A stretch of DNA of 48,620 nt from Betaproteobacteria bacterium (lineage in GTDB: Bacteria; Pseudomonadota; Gammaproteobacteria; Burkholderiales; JAYUZG01): NCBI GenBank assembly GCA_043751985.1, contig JAYUZG010000038.1, positions 1 through 48,620 of the forward strand, read 5' to 3'. The position numbers and the translations under genes are program-made. A model generated the notes under the pieces. The model was not told the DNA's origin. It searched no databases and saw only the letters and a program-made list of their open reading frames with translations. Below are positions 1-11,573 of this stretch, piece after piece (the first letter of the stretch is position 1; the number at the start of each line of letters is the position of its first letter).

Positions 1-2
1 TC

Positions 3-566
3 CTTGCCGACCCAGAGCAGTCGCACACAGCCCGCTTCGATCTGATAGACCAGGGTCAAATACTGATGTCCTCGGCCATACTGGATCTCATCGACACCGA
101 TAGCGCGAATTGCGCCCAATTGCCGGTGCTCCAATCCCCACTGCACCACGTACTCAACCGCTTGGCAGACCTTCTCCCAACTGGTGTGAAAGCCCCGGGC
201 CGTCTCCTGCCAAGAGAGCTTGCGTGCCCAGTGCGCCAGATACAGCATGTAGGCACGCGTCAGGGTGTGCTTGCCCATGGCCCAGGGTACTTGCTCGACC
301 TTCACCCCGCAGGCGGCGCACTGCACCCGCCTCATGTTGTACAGTAACCGCACCGCGAAGCCCCACATCGGGATGAACTCGAAGCAGCGTTCAGGCAGTC
401 GATCGTAGCCCGAGGCGCACTGGCTACAACCCGAGCAGCAGGGCTTCGAGCCGCGCCGCGGCCGTACCTGGATCTCGATGGTCTTGGTGGCTTCATCAAG
501 TCTCGCGCTCTCGTAGACGAAGCCGGGGAAGTGGTGACAGGCATTGAGCAAGCGGGTGAGCAGCAT
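3..566 (-). CDS. ISL3-family transposase, N-terminal part (truncated by window edge; not in ORF track)
   Basis: Manual translation from ATG at 566: MLLTRLLNACHHFPGFVYESARLDEATKTIEIQVRPRRGSKPCCSGC...RRVQCAACGVKVEQVPWA...LSWQETARGFHTSWEKV...IGVDEIQYGRGHQYLTLVYQI. This shows the zinc finger, HTH and first DDE motif (IGVDE..Y..GH.YLT) typical of ISL3. Confidence 0.9.
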   Translation of the reverse strand, partial: MLLTRLLNACHHFPGFVYESARLDEATKTIEIQVRPRRGSKPCCSGCSQCASGYDRLPERCFEFIPMWGFAVRLLYNMRRVQCAACGVKVEQVPWAMGKHTLTRAYMLYLAHWARKLSWQETARGFHTSWEKVCQAVEYVVQWGLEHRQLGAIRAIGVDEIQYGRGHQYLTLVYQIEAGCVRLLWVGK

Positions 567-999
567 GGCAGTCAAACGTCGGCGAATGGATGAGCGCACG
601 ATTATCCAGCGCAGTGGCGCCGGCCTCGACAAACTCTGCCCGGACTTGGGCGTCTGGCCCGAGCTCTGGAAGATTGAGCACAACGATGTCGCCATCGGCC
701 AACGCATCATCGATTCCATCGAGCCCTTTCTGATCGATCTGCTACAACACGGGCTTGCAGATAAGACCCTTGCCCGTCACCGTGATCATCTTCAAATGCT
801 CGGTGGCGAGATCATCCGCCGTCGCCACGACGATCCCGACCTTGCCAAGCAACCCGTCCAAGACCTGCTATTCAATCTCATCGAGGAGGACGGCGGCCCG
901 CTCATCTGGCCACGCATCACCGAGTCTGCACAGAACGCCTTCGACGCGACTTGCCGAAAGCTATACCGCTTTCTCAACCAGCGAAGAATGCGAAAGTAA
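565..999 (+). CDS. Hypothetical protein carried inside the ISL3 element
   Basis: Clean, globular-looking ORF (WPELW...LGGEIIRR...GGPL...FDATCRKLYRFL) that ends just inside the IS terminus. Start is at ATG 565 or 586. Confidence 0.7.
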   Translation: MAVKRRRMDERTIIQRSGAGLDKLCPDLGVWPELWKIEHNDVAIGQRIIDSIEPFLIDLLQHGLADKTLARHRDHLQMLGGEIIRRRHDDPDLAKQPVQDLLFNLIEEDGGPLIWPRITESAQNAFDATCRKLYRFLNQRRMRK

Positions 1000-1035
1000 G
1001 CCAGAATCTACCCACGAATTATCCCGACGAGCCAG

Positions 1036-2446
1036 AAAATTGAAACGGCCCTGGTTTGGTTCCGGCGTGACTTGCGTAGTTTCGATCACGCGGCGCTGTC
1101 GCATGCGTCGCGCGCGGCGGCGCAAGTTCACTGCGTATTCGTGTTCGACACCGAAATTCTGGATCACTTGCTAACACGCGTCGACCGGCGCGTGGAATTT
1201 ATATGGCGTAGCGTGTTGGAGCTGCGTCAGGCGCTGCGATCGAGCGGCGGCGGATTGCGGGTGGTGCATGGCCGGGCACGGATCGAGATCCCAAGGTTGG
1301 CGCGTGCGCTTGGGGCGGATGTGGTGTTTGCGAATCGCGACTATGAACCCGTGGCCATTGCGCGCGACGCGGCGGTCGCGCATGCGCTGGCCGCTGACGG
1401 TATCGAGTTTCGCAGCTGCAAGGATCAGGTGATATTCGAGCGCGATGAAATTCTTACGCAACAAAGCCGGCCGTTTACCGTATTCACGCCCTACCAGCGT
1501 GCCTGGCTGGCGAAGCTGGCAGACGATCCACTGGATGCGTTTCCGATTGAAACCGCATCACTCGCGCCGGAACCGAAGACGAAGATGCCTTCGCTGGAGG
1601 AGATAAATTTTCAGCCGAGCAATCTGTCCGAGCTCAACATGCCGGTGGGAATGCGCGGCGGGCGCGAACTGACCGAGCAGTTCTTCACGCGCATCGATCG
1701 CTATCATGAAGCGCGCAACTTTCCGTCGCGACGCGGCGTGTCGTATTTGTCGGTGCATCTGCGCTTCGGCACAGTCTCCGTTCGCGAGCTGGTGCGTCGT
1801 GCGCGTGCCGGTCCCGGCGACGGTGCGCGAGTATGGCTGTCGGAATTGATTTGGCGCGAATTCTATTTCCAGATTCTGTGGCATTTTCCCGAAGTGGTGC
1901 GACGTTCGTTTCGTCCTGAGTACGAACGCCTGGCGTATCCGGGAAAACACGAACATTTTCTGGCCTGGTGCGCGGGCCAGACCGGTTACCCATTGGTCGA
2001 TGCGGCGATGCGCCAGTTGAACCACAGCGGTTACATGCACAACCGACTGCGCATGGTCAGCGCAAGTTTTCTGGTCAAGGATTTGTTGATCGACTGGCGC
2101 GCGGGGGAGCGTTACTTCGCGCAGCATCTGAACGATTTTGATCTGGCCGCCAACAACGGCGGTTGGCAATGGTGTGCTTCGACCGGTTGTGATGCGCAAC
2201 CTTACTTCCGCATTTTCAATCCGGTAACGCAGTCAGAGAAATTCGATCCGCAAGGACGGTTTATCCGCATGTATGTGCCAGAGCTTCGCAAAGTACCCGA
2301 CGCGCACATCCACACTCCTTGGCTCATGGGCGCCGAAAAGCTGGCTCAATGCGACGTCGTTCTGGGACGTGACTACCCGATGCGAATCGTGGATCACCAC
2401 ATTGCAAGAGCGGCGGCGATCGCGTTGCACGCGAGCGCGCGCCGGG

Positions 2447-2472
<26 letters not shown>
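1036..2472 (+). CDS. phrB: Deoxyribodipyrimidine photolyase (class I CPD photolyase); start codon apparently removed by the IS
   Basis: Motifs ALVWFRRDLR, LSVHLRFG, ELIWREF, TGYPLVDAAMRQL, GYMHNRLRM, NNGGWQW, PYFRIFNP. The first motif lies upstream of the first TTG (1072), with no canonical in-frame start. Confidence 0.9.
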
Positions 2473-3666
<1,194 letters not shown>

Positions 3667-4041
3667 CTACTCGCCGAACGCGTTCACCACCCACTCGATG
3701 ACGGGCTGGCGGTCACCGGTGAGCAACACGGCATCGAAGCGGCACGCCGGCAACGTGGCTTGAGCGCTCAAGTAATGACGCGCGGTGCGCAGCAAACGCT
3801 TGCGCTTGTGAGTGTCGATGCTGGCCGCACCGCCGCCAAATTGATCGTTGCGGCGTTTGCGCACTTCGACGAACACCAGCATCGCGCCTTCGCGCAAAAT
3901 TAAATCGATCTCGCCGAACTTGCAGCGATAGTTGCGCGCGACGAGACGCAGGCCACGGCGCTGCAAATAATCCAGCGCTGCGTCTTCGGCGAGCGAACCG
4001 GCGCCGCCGCTCGCGCTGCGCTCACTCATGCTGGTTTTCAC
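3667..4041 (-). CDS. yraN: YraN family (UPF0102) endonuclease-like protein
   Basis: RNYRCKFGEIDLI, LVFVEVRKR and CRFDAV motifs; synteny. Confidence 0.92.
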   Translation of the reverse strand: MKTSMSERSASGGAGSLAEDAALDYLQRRGLRLVARNYRCKFGEIDLILREGAMLVFVEVRKRRNDQFGGGAASIDTHKRKRLLRTARHYLSAQATLPACRFDAVLLTGDRQPVIEWVVNAFGE

Positions 4042-5141
4042 GGCGCGGCGGTCAATGCCTGCGCCTGCCCGTCGGCGAACAGCGCGGGCACCAACTCGCG
4101 TTGGAACACGTGGTCGGCGCCCGCGCTGAGCGTTCCGGTGATGCCATCGAGCGGCTCTTCAATCGATTGCGCTGACCTTAGCAGGGATTGGATCAACCGA
4201 TAGGCATCCACTCCGAGGGCATAGAAACGCTCTTGCTCCAGCGTCGCACGCGGCTCGGGCCGCGGATAAGCGAGCACCGCCGGATGATCGGGTTGCAGCA
4301 ACCAGGGCATGTCGAGAAAGCGCACGCCATTGAGATCGAAGTTGGCGAGCTTGTCGTCCAGGTTGGCGAATACTTGCGAGGTGGCGTAAATCATTGCACC
4401 GGTTCCCAGATAACCACGCACCTGCCGCGCGTGCGGCGCGTCCAGCGCGAGAAACACCATGTCCGGTGCGGCGTTTTGCAGAGTCTCACGTAACTTGCCC
4501 AGCGCGGAAACTTCGGCGCCGAGCACGAACACGCCGGCGACTTCGCCGCGCAACCTGCGCCACTCTTCCGCGAACGCCAGCGCTGCGCGCTTCTGCGGAC
4601 CGGCGTCGCTGCCGACGATGAAGGCGCGCTGATAACCATTGCGTTGTGCGAGGCGCGCGACTTGCCTTGCCTCGGCGTCGAGTTGCAAGCCAAAGACGTA
4701 TTGCATGCGCGGCAAAATCCGCTCACCCTCCGGCGTAGTGAGTGACAGCGTCGGCACATCGACCAAGCCACTCGCGGCAAGCGCGGATACTTCCCTGCGG
4801 CCGAACGGGCCGATCACCGCGCGCGCGCCACTGGACAAGGCCTGCTGATAAGCGCTGAGAGTTTGTTCGGTGTCATCGCCGGTCGAATACAGAAGGAGCG
4901 GTAAGCCGCGCTCCACTTGCGCGGCGGCGGCGATGCCTCGCCGCACCCATTCGGCAAGTTTGCCGATCGACTGCGATCGCAGCGGAAGGATCACCGCCAG
5001 ATGCGGCCGCACGCCCGTGGCAGGCGTCGCGGCCGGGTCCTGCGCGAACAGCGCTCGCGGCGCGATGCAAGTGGCACAGGCAGCCACTGCCCAGTATAGT
5101 AAGGGCCGTGCCATCCGCCTCGCGAAAAATCCATCGTGCAT
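4038..5141 (-). CDS. lpoA: Penicillin-binding protein activator LpoA-like (LppC family)
   Basis: AVILPL, VIGP, LNGVRFLDMPW, RFYALGVDAY and GITG.L motifs; divergent from rsmI as usual. Start may be 5114. Confidence 0.85.
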   Translation of the reverse strand: MHDGFFARRMARPLLYWAVAACATCIAPRALFAQDPAATPATGVRPHLAVILPLRSQSIGKLAEWVRRGIAAAAQVERGLPLLLYSTGDDTEQTLSAYQQALSSGARAVIGPFGRREVSALAASGLVDVPTLSLTTPEGERILPRMQYVFGLQLDAEARQVARLAQRNGYQRAFIVGSDAGPQKRAALAFAEEWRRLRGEVAGVFVLGAEVSALGKLRETLQNAAPDMVFLALDAPHARQVRGYLGTGAMIYATSQVFANLDDKLANFDLNGVRFLDMPWLLQPDHPAVLAYPRPEPRATLEQERFYALGVDAYRLIQSLLRSAQSIEEPLDGITGTLSAGADHVFQRELVPALFADGQAQALTAAP

Positions 5142-6008
5142 AACGTTCAGGACGATCAGAACAGGGGTGCGGCATTATATGTGGTGGCCACGCCGATCGG
5201 AAATCTGCGCGACATCACTTTGCGCGCGCTCGACGTGCTCAAATCGGTAGCGCTGATCGCGGCCGAAGATACCCGGGTGACGCGGCACTTGCTCGATCAT
5301 TTCGGCATTTCGTCCAAGTCATTTGCCTTGCACGCGCACAATGAAGAGGCCGCGGCGCAGCGGCTGATCGCGGCACTGCATGCGGGGGAATCGGTCGCGT
5401 TGGTGAGCGACGCGGGAACGCCGGGGGTCAGCGATCCTGGCGCGCGCGCGGTGGCGCAAGTGCGGCAAGCGGGCTTCGCGGTGATACCGATTCCCGGTCC
5501 CAACGCGGCGGTCACAGCTTTTTCCGCGGCCGGGTTGAGCGCCGCGCATTTTTTGTTTTATGGATTTTTGCCGAGCAAAAGCGGCGCGCGCAGCAAGGCC
5601 TTGCAGGCACTGAAGAGCTTGCCCTACGCGCTGGTGTTTTACGAAGCGCCGCACCGTGTGGCCGAGACGCTCGACGCGTTGGTCGAAGTACTAGGCGGCG
5701 AACGCCACGCAGTGCTGGCGCGTGAGCTGACCAAACTGTTCGAGCAAATCCACAGCGACACGCTGGCCGGACTGCGCCAGTGGATTGCCATGGATGAAAA
5801 TCGCAGCCGTGGCGAATTTGTATTGCTGGTCGAAGGCGCGCCGGCGCCGGACAATGCAGGACTGGATCAAAACACCGAGCAGACGCTTGCGCTGTTGCTG
5901 GCGGAATTGCCGCTTAAACCCGCGGTGGCGCTTGCCGCCAAAATTACCGGCGCGCCGCGCAATCAGCTCTATGCAAAAGCGCTGCAACTGAAACCGCTTG
6001 ACGAATGA
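5136..6008 (+). CDS. rsmI: 16S rRNA (cytidine1402-2'-O)-methyltransferase
   Basis: [36 protein letters not shown] and ARELTKLFE motifs. Confidence 0.97.
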   Translation: MHNVQDDQNRGAALYVVATPIGNLRDITLRALDVLKSVALIAAEDTRVTRHLLDHFGISSKSFALHAHNEEAAAQRLIAALHAGESVALVSDAGTPGVSDPGARAVAQVRQAGFAVIPIPGPNAAVTAFSAAGLSAAHFLFYGFLPSKSGARSKALQALKSLPYALVFYEAPHRVAETLDALVEVLGGERHAVLARELTKLFEQIHSDTLAGLRQWIAMDENRSRGEFVLLVEGAPAPDNAGLDQNTEQTLALLLAELPLKPAVALAAKITGAPRNQLYAKALQLKPLDE

Positions 6009-6030
6009 ACATTGCGCGATGGATGGAAGC

Positions 6031-7065
6031 ATGCAAAGCGTTACCCTGACGCGGCCGGATGACTGGCACTTGCACCTGCGCGATGGGACAGCCCTCGCGG
6101 CGGTATTGCCGGATAGCGCGCGGCGTTTCGCGCGCGCGATCGTCATGCCCAATCTGAAACCGCCGGTGACGACGGTAGCGGCGGCACGCGCCTACCGTGA
6201 GCGAATTGTGGCCGCGTTGTCTCCGGCTGACCGCTTCGAGCCGTTGATGACTTTGTACCTCACTGAACAGACGACTGCGAGCGAAGTTCGTGGCGCGCGA
6301 GCGAGCGGTTTCGTCCACGCGCTGAAGTACTACCCGGCCGGCGCGACCACGCATTCCGATGCCGGCGTGAGCGATATTCGCAAATGTTTCAGCGTGCTCG
6401 ACGCGATGAGCGAGGCCGGCCTCCCATTACTGGTTCATGGCGAAGTCACCGATCCGGGCGTGGATATTTTCGATCGCGAACGGGTTTTCATCGAGCGCGA
6501 ACTGAACATGCTGGTGGAGAAATTCCCATCGTTGAAGATTGTGCTGGAACACATCACCACCGCGGATGCCGTGCGGTTTGTGACGCAGGCGCGCGCCGGA
6601 GTGGCGGCGACCGTCACCGCGCATCATCTTCTCTACAATCGCAATGAAATATTTCGCGGCGGCGTGCGCCCGCATTTCTATTGCCTGCCGGTGTTGAAAC
6701 GCGAAACGCATCGCCAGGCCTTGGTGGCCGCCGCGACTTCCAGCAGCGCGCGATTTTTTCTGGGCACCGACAGCGCGCCGCACGCGCGCCACACCAAGGA
6801 AAACGCCTGCGGCTGCGCCGGTTGCTATACCGCGCATGCGGGCATCGAGCTGTACGCCGAAGCCTTCGAGCAGGCGGCTGCGCTGGACCGGCTAGAAGGC
6901 TTTGCCAGCTTCTTTGGCGCCGATTTCTACGGCCTGCCGCGCAATCAAGACCAGATCAGCCTGGTGAAATCGAGCTGGACGGTGCCGCAGGAAGTGGCTT
7001 ACGGCGAGAACACCCTGGTGCCATTGCGCGGCGGTGACCAAATTGCCTGGAAGTTTGTCGGCTAA
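6031..7065 (+). CDS. pyrC: Dihydroorotase (homodimeric type)
   Basis: [20 protein letters not shown] and FLGTDSAPH motifs. Confidence 0.97.
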   Translation: MQSVTLTRPDDWHLHLRDGTALAAVLPDSARRFARAIVMPNLKPPVTTVAAARAYRERIVAALSPADRFEPLMTLYLTEQTTASEVRGARASGFVHALKYYPAGATTHSDAGVSDIRKCFSVLDAMSEAGLPLLVHGEVTDPGVDIFDRERVFIERELNMLVEKFPSLKIVLEHITTADAVRFVTQARAGVAATVTAHHLLYNRNEIFRGGVRPHFYCLPVLKRETHRQALVAAATSSSARFFLGTDSAPHARHTKENACGCAGCYTAHAGIELYAEAFEQAAALDRLEGFASFFGADFYGLPRNQDQISLVKSSWTVPQEVAYGENTLVPLRGGDQIAWKFVG

Positions 7066-7111
7066 GTCGCGACTTGCGCGTTGAATGGCTGAATCTATCA
7101 AGGAGGCAGCG

Positions 7112-7831
7112 ATGCAAAAATCTTTTCTAGCAGCGGTGATCGGGTTTGCGGCTTCGATGGCGGCGCAGGCAAATAGCAACATCGATCAACTGCAGCAAAT
7201 CGGACAAAGTGATTTTCGTCTGTTGTCCGAAGACCTCGGTGCGGCGCTGAGCTACAAATCGTTAGCGCCGCCGATGACGCTGGGATTGACCGGTTTTGAC
7301 ATCGGCATCGAGGCAACGGCGACGCGGCTCGCGCACAAAGATGTGCTCGATCAAGTCACCTCAGGAAGTGCGCCGTCGACTTTGGTGGTCCCGAAGATTC
7401 ACGCGCACAAGGGGCTTCCGGCCGGTTTCGACATCGGCGCGAGCTATGCCGCCGTTCCGAGCACCAACGTCAGTCTGTGGGGCGCGGAACTGCGCTACGC
7501 GCTGTTGGAAGGCGGCTTGCTGCGGCCAACGCTGTCGCTACGCGGGAGCTTGAGCCGCGTGCAAGGCGTCGATCAATTGGGTTTGAGCACGCGCGGCCTG
7601 GATATCTCAATCGCCAAGGGCTTTGCCGTGGTGACCCCTTATGCCGGGCTCGGCAAAGTGTGGGTGACCAGCACGCCGAGAAATGCGGGTTTGTTGACTG
7701 AGGAAAAATTTTCGCTGAACAAAATTTATGGCGGCGTCAATTTGAATCTGGGTCTGACCAACTTGGCTTTTGAGGCGGATCGAACCGGCGACGCAAACAC
7801 TTACGGTGTGAAGATTGGTTTCCGCTTTTGA
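7112..7831 (+). CDS. Putative outer-membrane beta-barrel protein
   Basis: Signal peptide (AQA), alternating amphipathic strands, C-terminal Phe (YGVKIGFRF), AGGAGG RBS. Confidence 0.75.
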   Translation: MQKSFLAAVIGFAASMAAQANSNIDQLQQIGQSDFRLLSEDLGAALSYKSLAPPMTLGLTGFDIGIEATATRLAHKDVLDQVTSGSAPSTLVVPKIHAHKGLPAGFDIGASYAAVPSTNVSLWGAELRYALLEGGLLRPTLSLRGSLSRVQGVDQLGLSTRGLDISIAKGFAVVTPYAGLGKVWVTSTPRNAGLLTEEKFSLNKIYGGVNLNLGLTNLAFEADRTGDANTYGVKIGFRF

Positions 7832-7838
7832 AAACGCT

Positions 7839-8198
7839 GTGAGCACGTCCAAGCGGTTGTTGATCGCTTGCGTGATGGCGTGTTCGTGCGCGTGGGCAGA
7901 TGTGCCGGATGCGCAAACATCGGAAGTCGAGCGCCTGCTGAAGTACGTGGGACAGTCGGGTTGTTCGATCGAGCGTAACGGAAAACTACACCCGGCTGCC
8001 GAGGCGGCAGATCATATCCGCAAGAAATACGCGCATTTCCGCGATGACATCAAGAGCACCGAGGACTTCATCGAACTTGCGGCGTCACGCAGTGAATTAT
8101 CGAAGAAACCCTACCGGGTTATTTGCGGAACGCAGCGCCCCGTCATGGCAAAACAATTCCTGCTCGATGAATTGAAGCGCGTGCGGGACAGTCGTTGA
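7839..8198 (+). CDS. DUF5329 (YfeK-like) exported protein
   Basis: Signal peptide; SGC..ERNG.....AEA..HIRKKY, EDFIELAASRS..S.KPY.V.C. Confidence 0.8.
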   Translation: MSTSKRLLIACVMACSCAWADVPDAQTSEVERLLKYVGQSGCSIERNGKLHPAAEAADHIRKKYAHFRDDIKSTEDFIELAASRSELSKKPYRVICGTQRPVMAKQFLLDELKRVRDSR

Positions 8199-8215
8199 GT
8201 CGCGGCGTACCGGCA

Positions 8216-8680
8216 ATGGCGACGCTGGCCGCTGATTCGCTGCGTAGCGCTTGGGAGAGCGTATACGCCCGTACTTCGTATGTGGTGCAGCTTCCCGCCG
8301 GTGAGCTGCCAATCCGTATCGGTCAGACCTGTCCTGTGCTTGATGCATTTCTGCGCGCGCGCGCCGTGCGGACCTGGGCATTTGTATCGGCGTGCAATCC
8401 GCGCTCGCACGCGCTATGCGAACAAGAGAACCTGGCGCGGCACGAGAATCTGCTGCGTGCAGCGGCGGCGCTTGGCTTGACATGCTGCAACGGCGAAGGG
8501 CGCAGTGATGCGGCAGACGGGCCTGCGGAGCGCGGCTTGCTGATCACCGGCATCACCGAAGTATTGGCTCTAGAACTGGGTCTTGAATTCGAACAGAACG
8601 CAATTGTGTTTGGCGAGCGCGACGGGGTGGCGCGCCTGCTATGGTGTGACGAGGAGTACCGCGACAAGTCGTGTGAATAA
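8216..8680 (+). CDS. DUF3293 domain protein
   Basis: Y..TSY, WAFVSACNPRS, EN..R...L and FEQNAIV motifs. Confidence 0.8.
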   Translation: MATLAADSLRSAWESVYARTSYVVQLPAGELPIRIGQTCPVLDAFLRARAVRTWAFVSACNPRSHALCEQENLARHENLLRAAAALGLTCCNGEGRSDAADGPAERGLLITGITEVLALELGLEFEQNAIVFGERDGVARLLWCDEEYRDKSCE

Positions 8681-8717
8681 ACCTTTGCTTCCGCCGAAAG
8701 GGCGGACGCCGTCGAAC

Positions 8718-8748
8718 CAAAAACAACGCACTTTCCAAAGTGCGTTGT
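8718..8748 (-). terminator. Intrinsic terminator of the SDR-FAH genes
   Basis: Inverted repeat ACAACGCACTTT-CC-AAAGTGCGTTGT (8723-8748) followed by a T run on the minus strand. Confidence 0.6.
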
Positions 8749-8769
8749 CGGTCCGCGATGATAGGGTGT

Positions 8770-9615
8770 TTAGCCGCCTTTAACTTCCTGTCTTTGTTCC
8801 CCGAGCCCGTCGATGCCAAGCCGCATGGTGTCGCCCACTTTGAGGAAAACCGGGTTCGGTTTTACGCCGTGACCTACGCCGGGTGGCGTGCCGGTGGTAA
8901 TCACATCTCCCGGGTGCAAGGTCATGGTGTAGCTCACGTAGGCCACTAACTTCTTGACATTGAAGATCATGGTGTTGGTGTTGCCGGTTTGAAAGCGCTT
9001 GCCGTTGACGTCCAGCCACATCGAAAGATTATTCGGATCCGCAATTTCATCTTTGGTCACCAGCCAAGGTCCGAGCGGGGCGAAGGTGTCAAAACTCTTG
9101 CCTTTGGACCACTGGGCGCCATGTTCGAGCTGCCATTCGCGTTCTGACACGTCGTTGCAGATCAAATAACCGGCCACGTAATCGAGCGCATCCGCTTCAT
9201 TCACGCTGCGCGCGGTCTTGCCAATGACGAATGCGAGTTCGACTTCCCAGTCGCCCTTCTTGGAGCCTTTCGGCAGAATGACGGAGTCATTAGGCCCGCA
9301 AATCGAGGACGTGGCTTTCATGAACATCACCGGTTCGACCGGGATCGGCATATTCGATTCCTTGGCGTGATCCGAATAGTTCAACCCGATCGCCACCAAT
9401 TTTCCCGGCATCGCCACCGGCGAGCCCAAGCGCGAAGAGCCCGGCGCCTTGGGGAGGCTGTTGAGATCCGCCGCGCGAATCTTCGCCAAGCCCGCGGCAG
9501 ACAGCGTGGCCCCATCGATGTCCTTTACCACGCCGGAGAGATCACGAATCGCTCCTTGCGCATCCAGTATGCCGGGTTTCTCATTGCCTGCTTCACCATA
9601 GCGGACCAGTTTCAT
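8770..9615 (-). CDS. Fumarylacetoacetate hydrolase family protein
   Basis: MKLVRYG..G.EKPG, IGLNY.DH, DWEVEL, NDVSER, KGKSFDTF and TGTPPGVG motifs. Confidence 0.93.
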   Translation of the reverse strand: MKLVRYGEAGNEKPGILDAQGAIRDLSGVVKDIDGATLSAAGLAKIRAADLNSLPKAPGSSRLGSPVAMPGKLVAIGLNYSDHAKESNMPIPVEPVMFMKATSSICGPNDSVILPKGSKKGDWEVELAFVIGKTARSVNEADALDYVAGYLICNDVSEREWQLEHGAQWSKGKSFDTFAPLGPWLVTKDEIADPNNLSMWLDVNGKRFQTGNTNTMIFNVKKLVAYVSYTMTLHPGDVITTGTPPGVGHGVKPNPVFLKVGDTMRLGIDGLGEQRQEVKGG

Positions 9616-9679
9616 AATTTTGTCTCCTTCCAAAAATTGTTTGAGATTTATCGAGGACAATGCCGGTAAACGTTATGCA

Positions 9680-10513
<834 letters not shown>

Positions 10514-10651
10514 TCAGAAGAGGCGTCAGTAAATTGTCAGTGCATCTTGTTTTCACCTCGCATTGATGGCAAGCTCAACATGTCGGGAAGAACTTCGAAT
10601 CGCAACTTCGATGCGAGTGCGCAACTTAACCGGGGATGGAGACCAGAGATC

Positions 10652-10978
10652 ATGGTGAGCGGATCAGGTGAAAGCAATACCGCCTACGAAAGGCGTTCTC
10701 AGCAGCCGGGCGATCTGGCGCTGAACCAGAAGGCGAACACTTGGTTGGCCTCGCTCAGCGAGGAGATGCGACCCCAGTCCTTGGCTATACAGTATCCGCG
10801 GATTACCAACCTGATCGCCGAGCAGTGGCGCCAGCCTACCAAGATGGACAAATTCTTTGACGAGGTTTTCGTCGATGCGCGTGGCGGGAGAAAAGGATTC
10901 CCGTTCACCGTATTGATGGAGTTGACAACGTTGAAGAATTACTACTATGCGTCGGTATTCCCCCGCTACAACTCCTAG
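10652..10978 (+). CDS. Conserved hypothetical protein
   Basis: WLASL...RP..L..QYPRI.N.IA..W and D.RGGRKGFP..V..EL pattern, recalled from betaproteobacterial hypotheticals. Start uncertain (10580 or 10652). Confidence 0.7.
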   Translation: MVSGSGESNTAYERRSQQPGDLALNQKANTWLASLSEEMRPQSLAIQYPRITNLIAEQWRQPTKMDKFFDEVFVDARGGRKGFPFTVLMELTTLKNYYYASVFPRYNS

Positions 10979-10983
10979 CTGCC

Positions 10984-11013
10984 GGCGGCATTTCGCTAAA
11001 TAGAAACGCCGCC
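10984..11013. terminator. Hairpin between convergent genes, possible terminator
   Basis: GGCGGCATTTC-N8-GAAACGCCGCC; weak U tract. Confidence 0.4.
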
Positions 11014-11081
11014 AGCCCTTTGCCTCTCACTCTTAGTTGAATCGACTGCGACGCAGTTCGCGGCCGGCTCGTGCGCGGGTC

Positions 11082-11573
11082 TTAAGTGAGAGCAATCACG
11101 ATTCTCATGTTGGGCATCTCCAGCACCACATTTTCACCGCTCTGATGAATCCGCACCGTGGGTTTGTGACCACGCATGGCAACAGGAGCGGCGCCCGCCG
11201 TGCCGGTGCTCATCATCACTCTGCGTTTTGCACGCCTCATCCCTTTCTTTATGGCCTTGGGAGTGGCGGTGGGTTTCGCCTCCGCGACTTTCGTCGTCGG
11301 CTGAGTTTTCGACTTGGCACTGATTTTGGCCTTTGCGCCTGCAGCCAGCAAATAGGCAAACTTTGCCCGGCTATTGCGAGAAGTCGGGGCCGCAACTCTC
11401 TTGAGAGTACCGCTGCGATAAAGTGTGCCGAGCGCGTTGGACACTTTTTCCACGTTCTTGGCGACTTTTTTAATGTCGGCCCGCTTATACAGAGCGGTCG
11501 CGGTGAGGGGTTGGGCTGAAGTCGCGGCCAGGCCGCGGATCACGTCAAATACATTTTGTTTTGCAGTTGCCAT
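11082..11573 (-). CDS. Hypothetical basic protein, possible winged-helix DNA-binding protein
   Basis: K/A/R-rich ORF from MATAKQNV with an HTH/wing-like N-terminus and GAGGA upstream. Confidence 0.7.
   Translation of the reverse strand: MATAKQNVFDVIRGLAATSAQPLTATALYKRADIKKVAKNVEKVSNALGTLYRSGTLKRVAAPTSRNSRAKFAYLLAAGAKAKISAKSKTQPTTKVAEAKPTATPKAIKKGMRRAKRRVMMSTGTAGAAPVAMRGHKPTVRIHQSGENVVLEMPNMRIVIALT

Larger units (their letters stand above)
1..1033 (-). mobile_element. ISL3-family insertion sequence, left part (runs off the window start)
   Basis: Contains an ISL3-type transposase 5' half. The minus strand begins GGCTCGTCGGGATAATTCGTGGGTAG at 1033, resembling ISL3 GGCTC- termini, and is flanked by AT-rich AGAAAATT (1034-1041), a plausible 8-bp target. 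The other end is outside the window. Confidence 0.75.

Noticed and set aside
56-702. Short ORFs listed in the track over the first 700 bp
   Set aside because: Alternative frames of the ISL3 transposase and passenger gene; the real transposase frame is missing from the track because it runs off the window.
8694-8712. TCCGCC-GAAAG-GGCGGACGC hairpin resembling P2 of a c-di-GMP-I riboswitch
   Set aside because: Lacks the flanking GCAAA elements and second stem, and lies between two convergent gene ends rather than in a leader.
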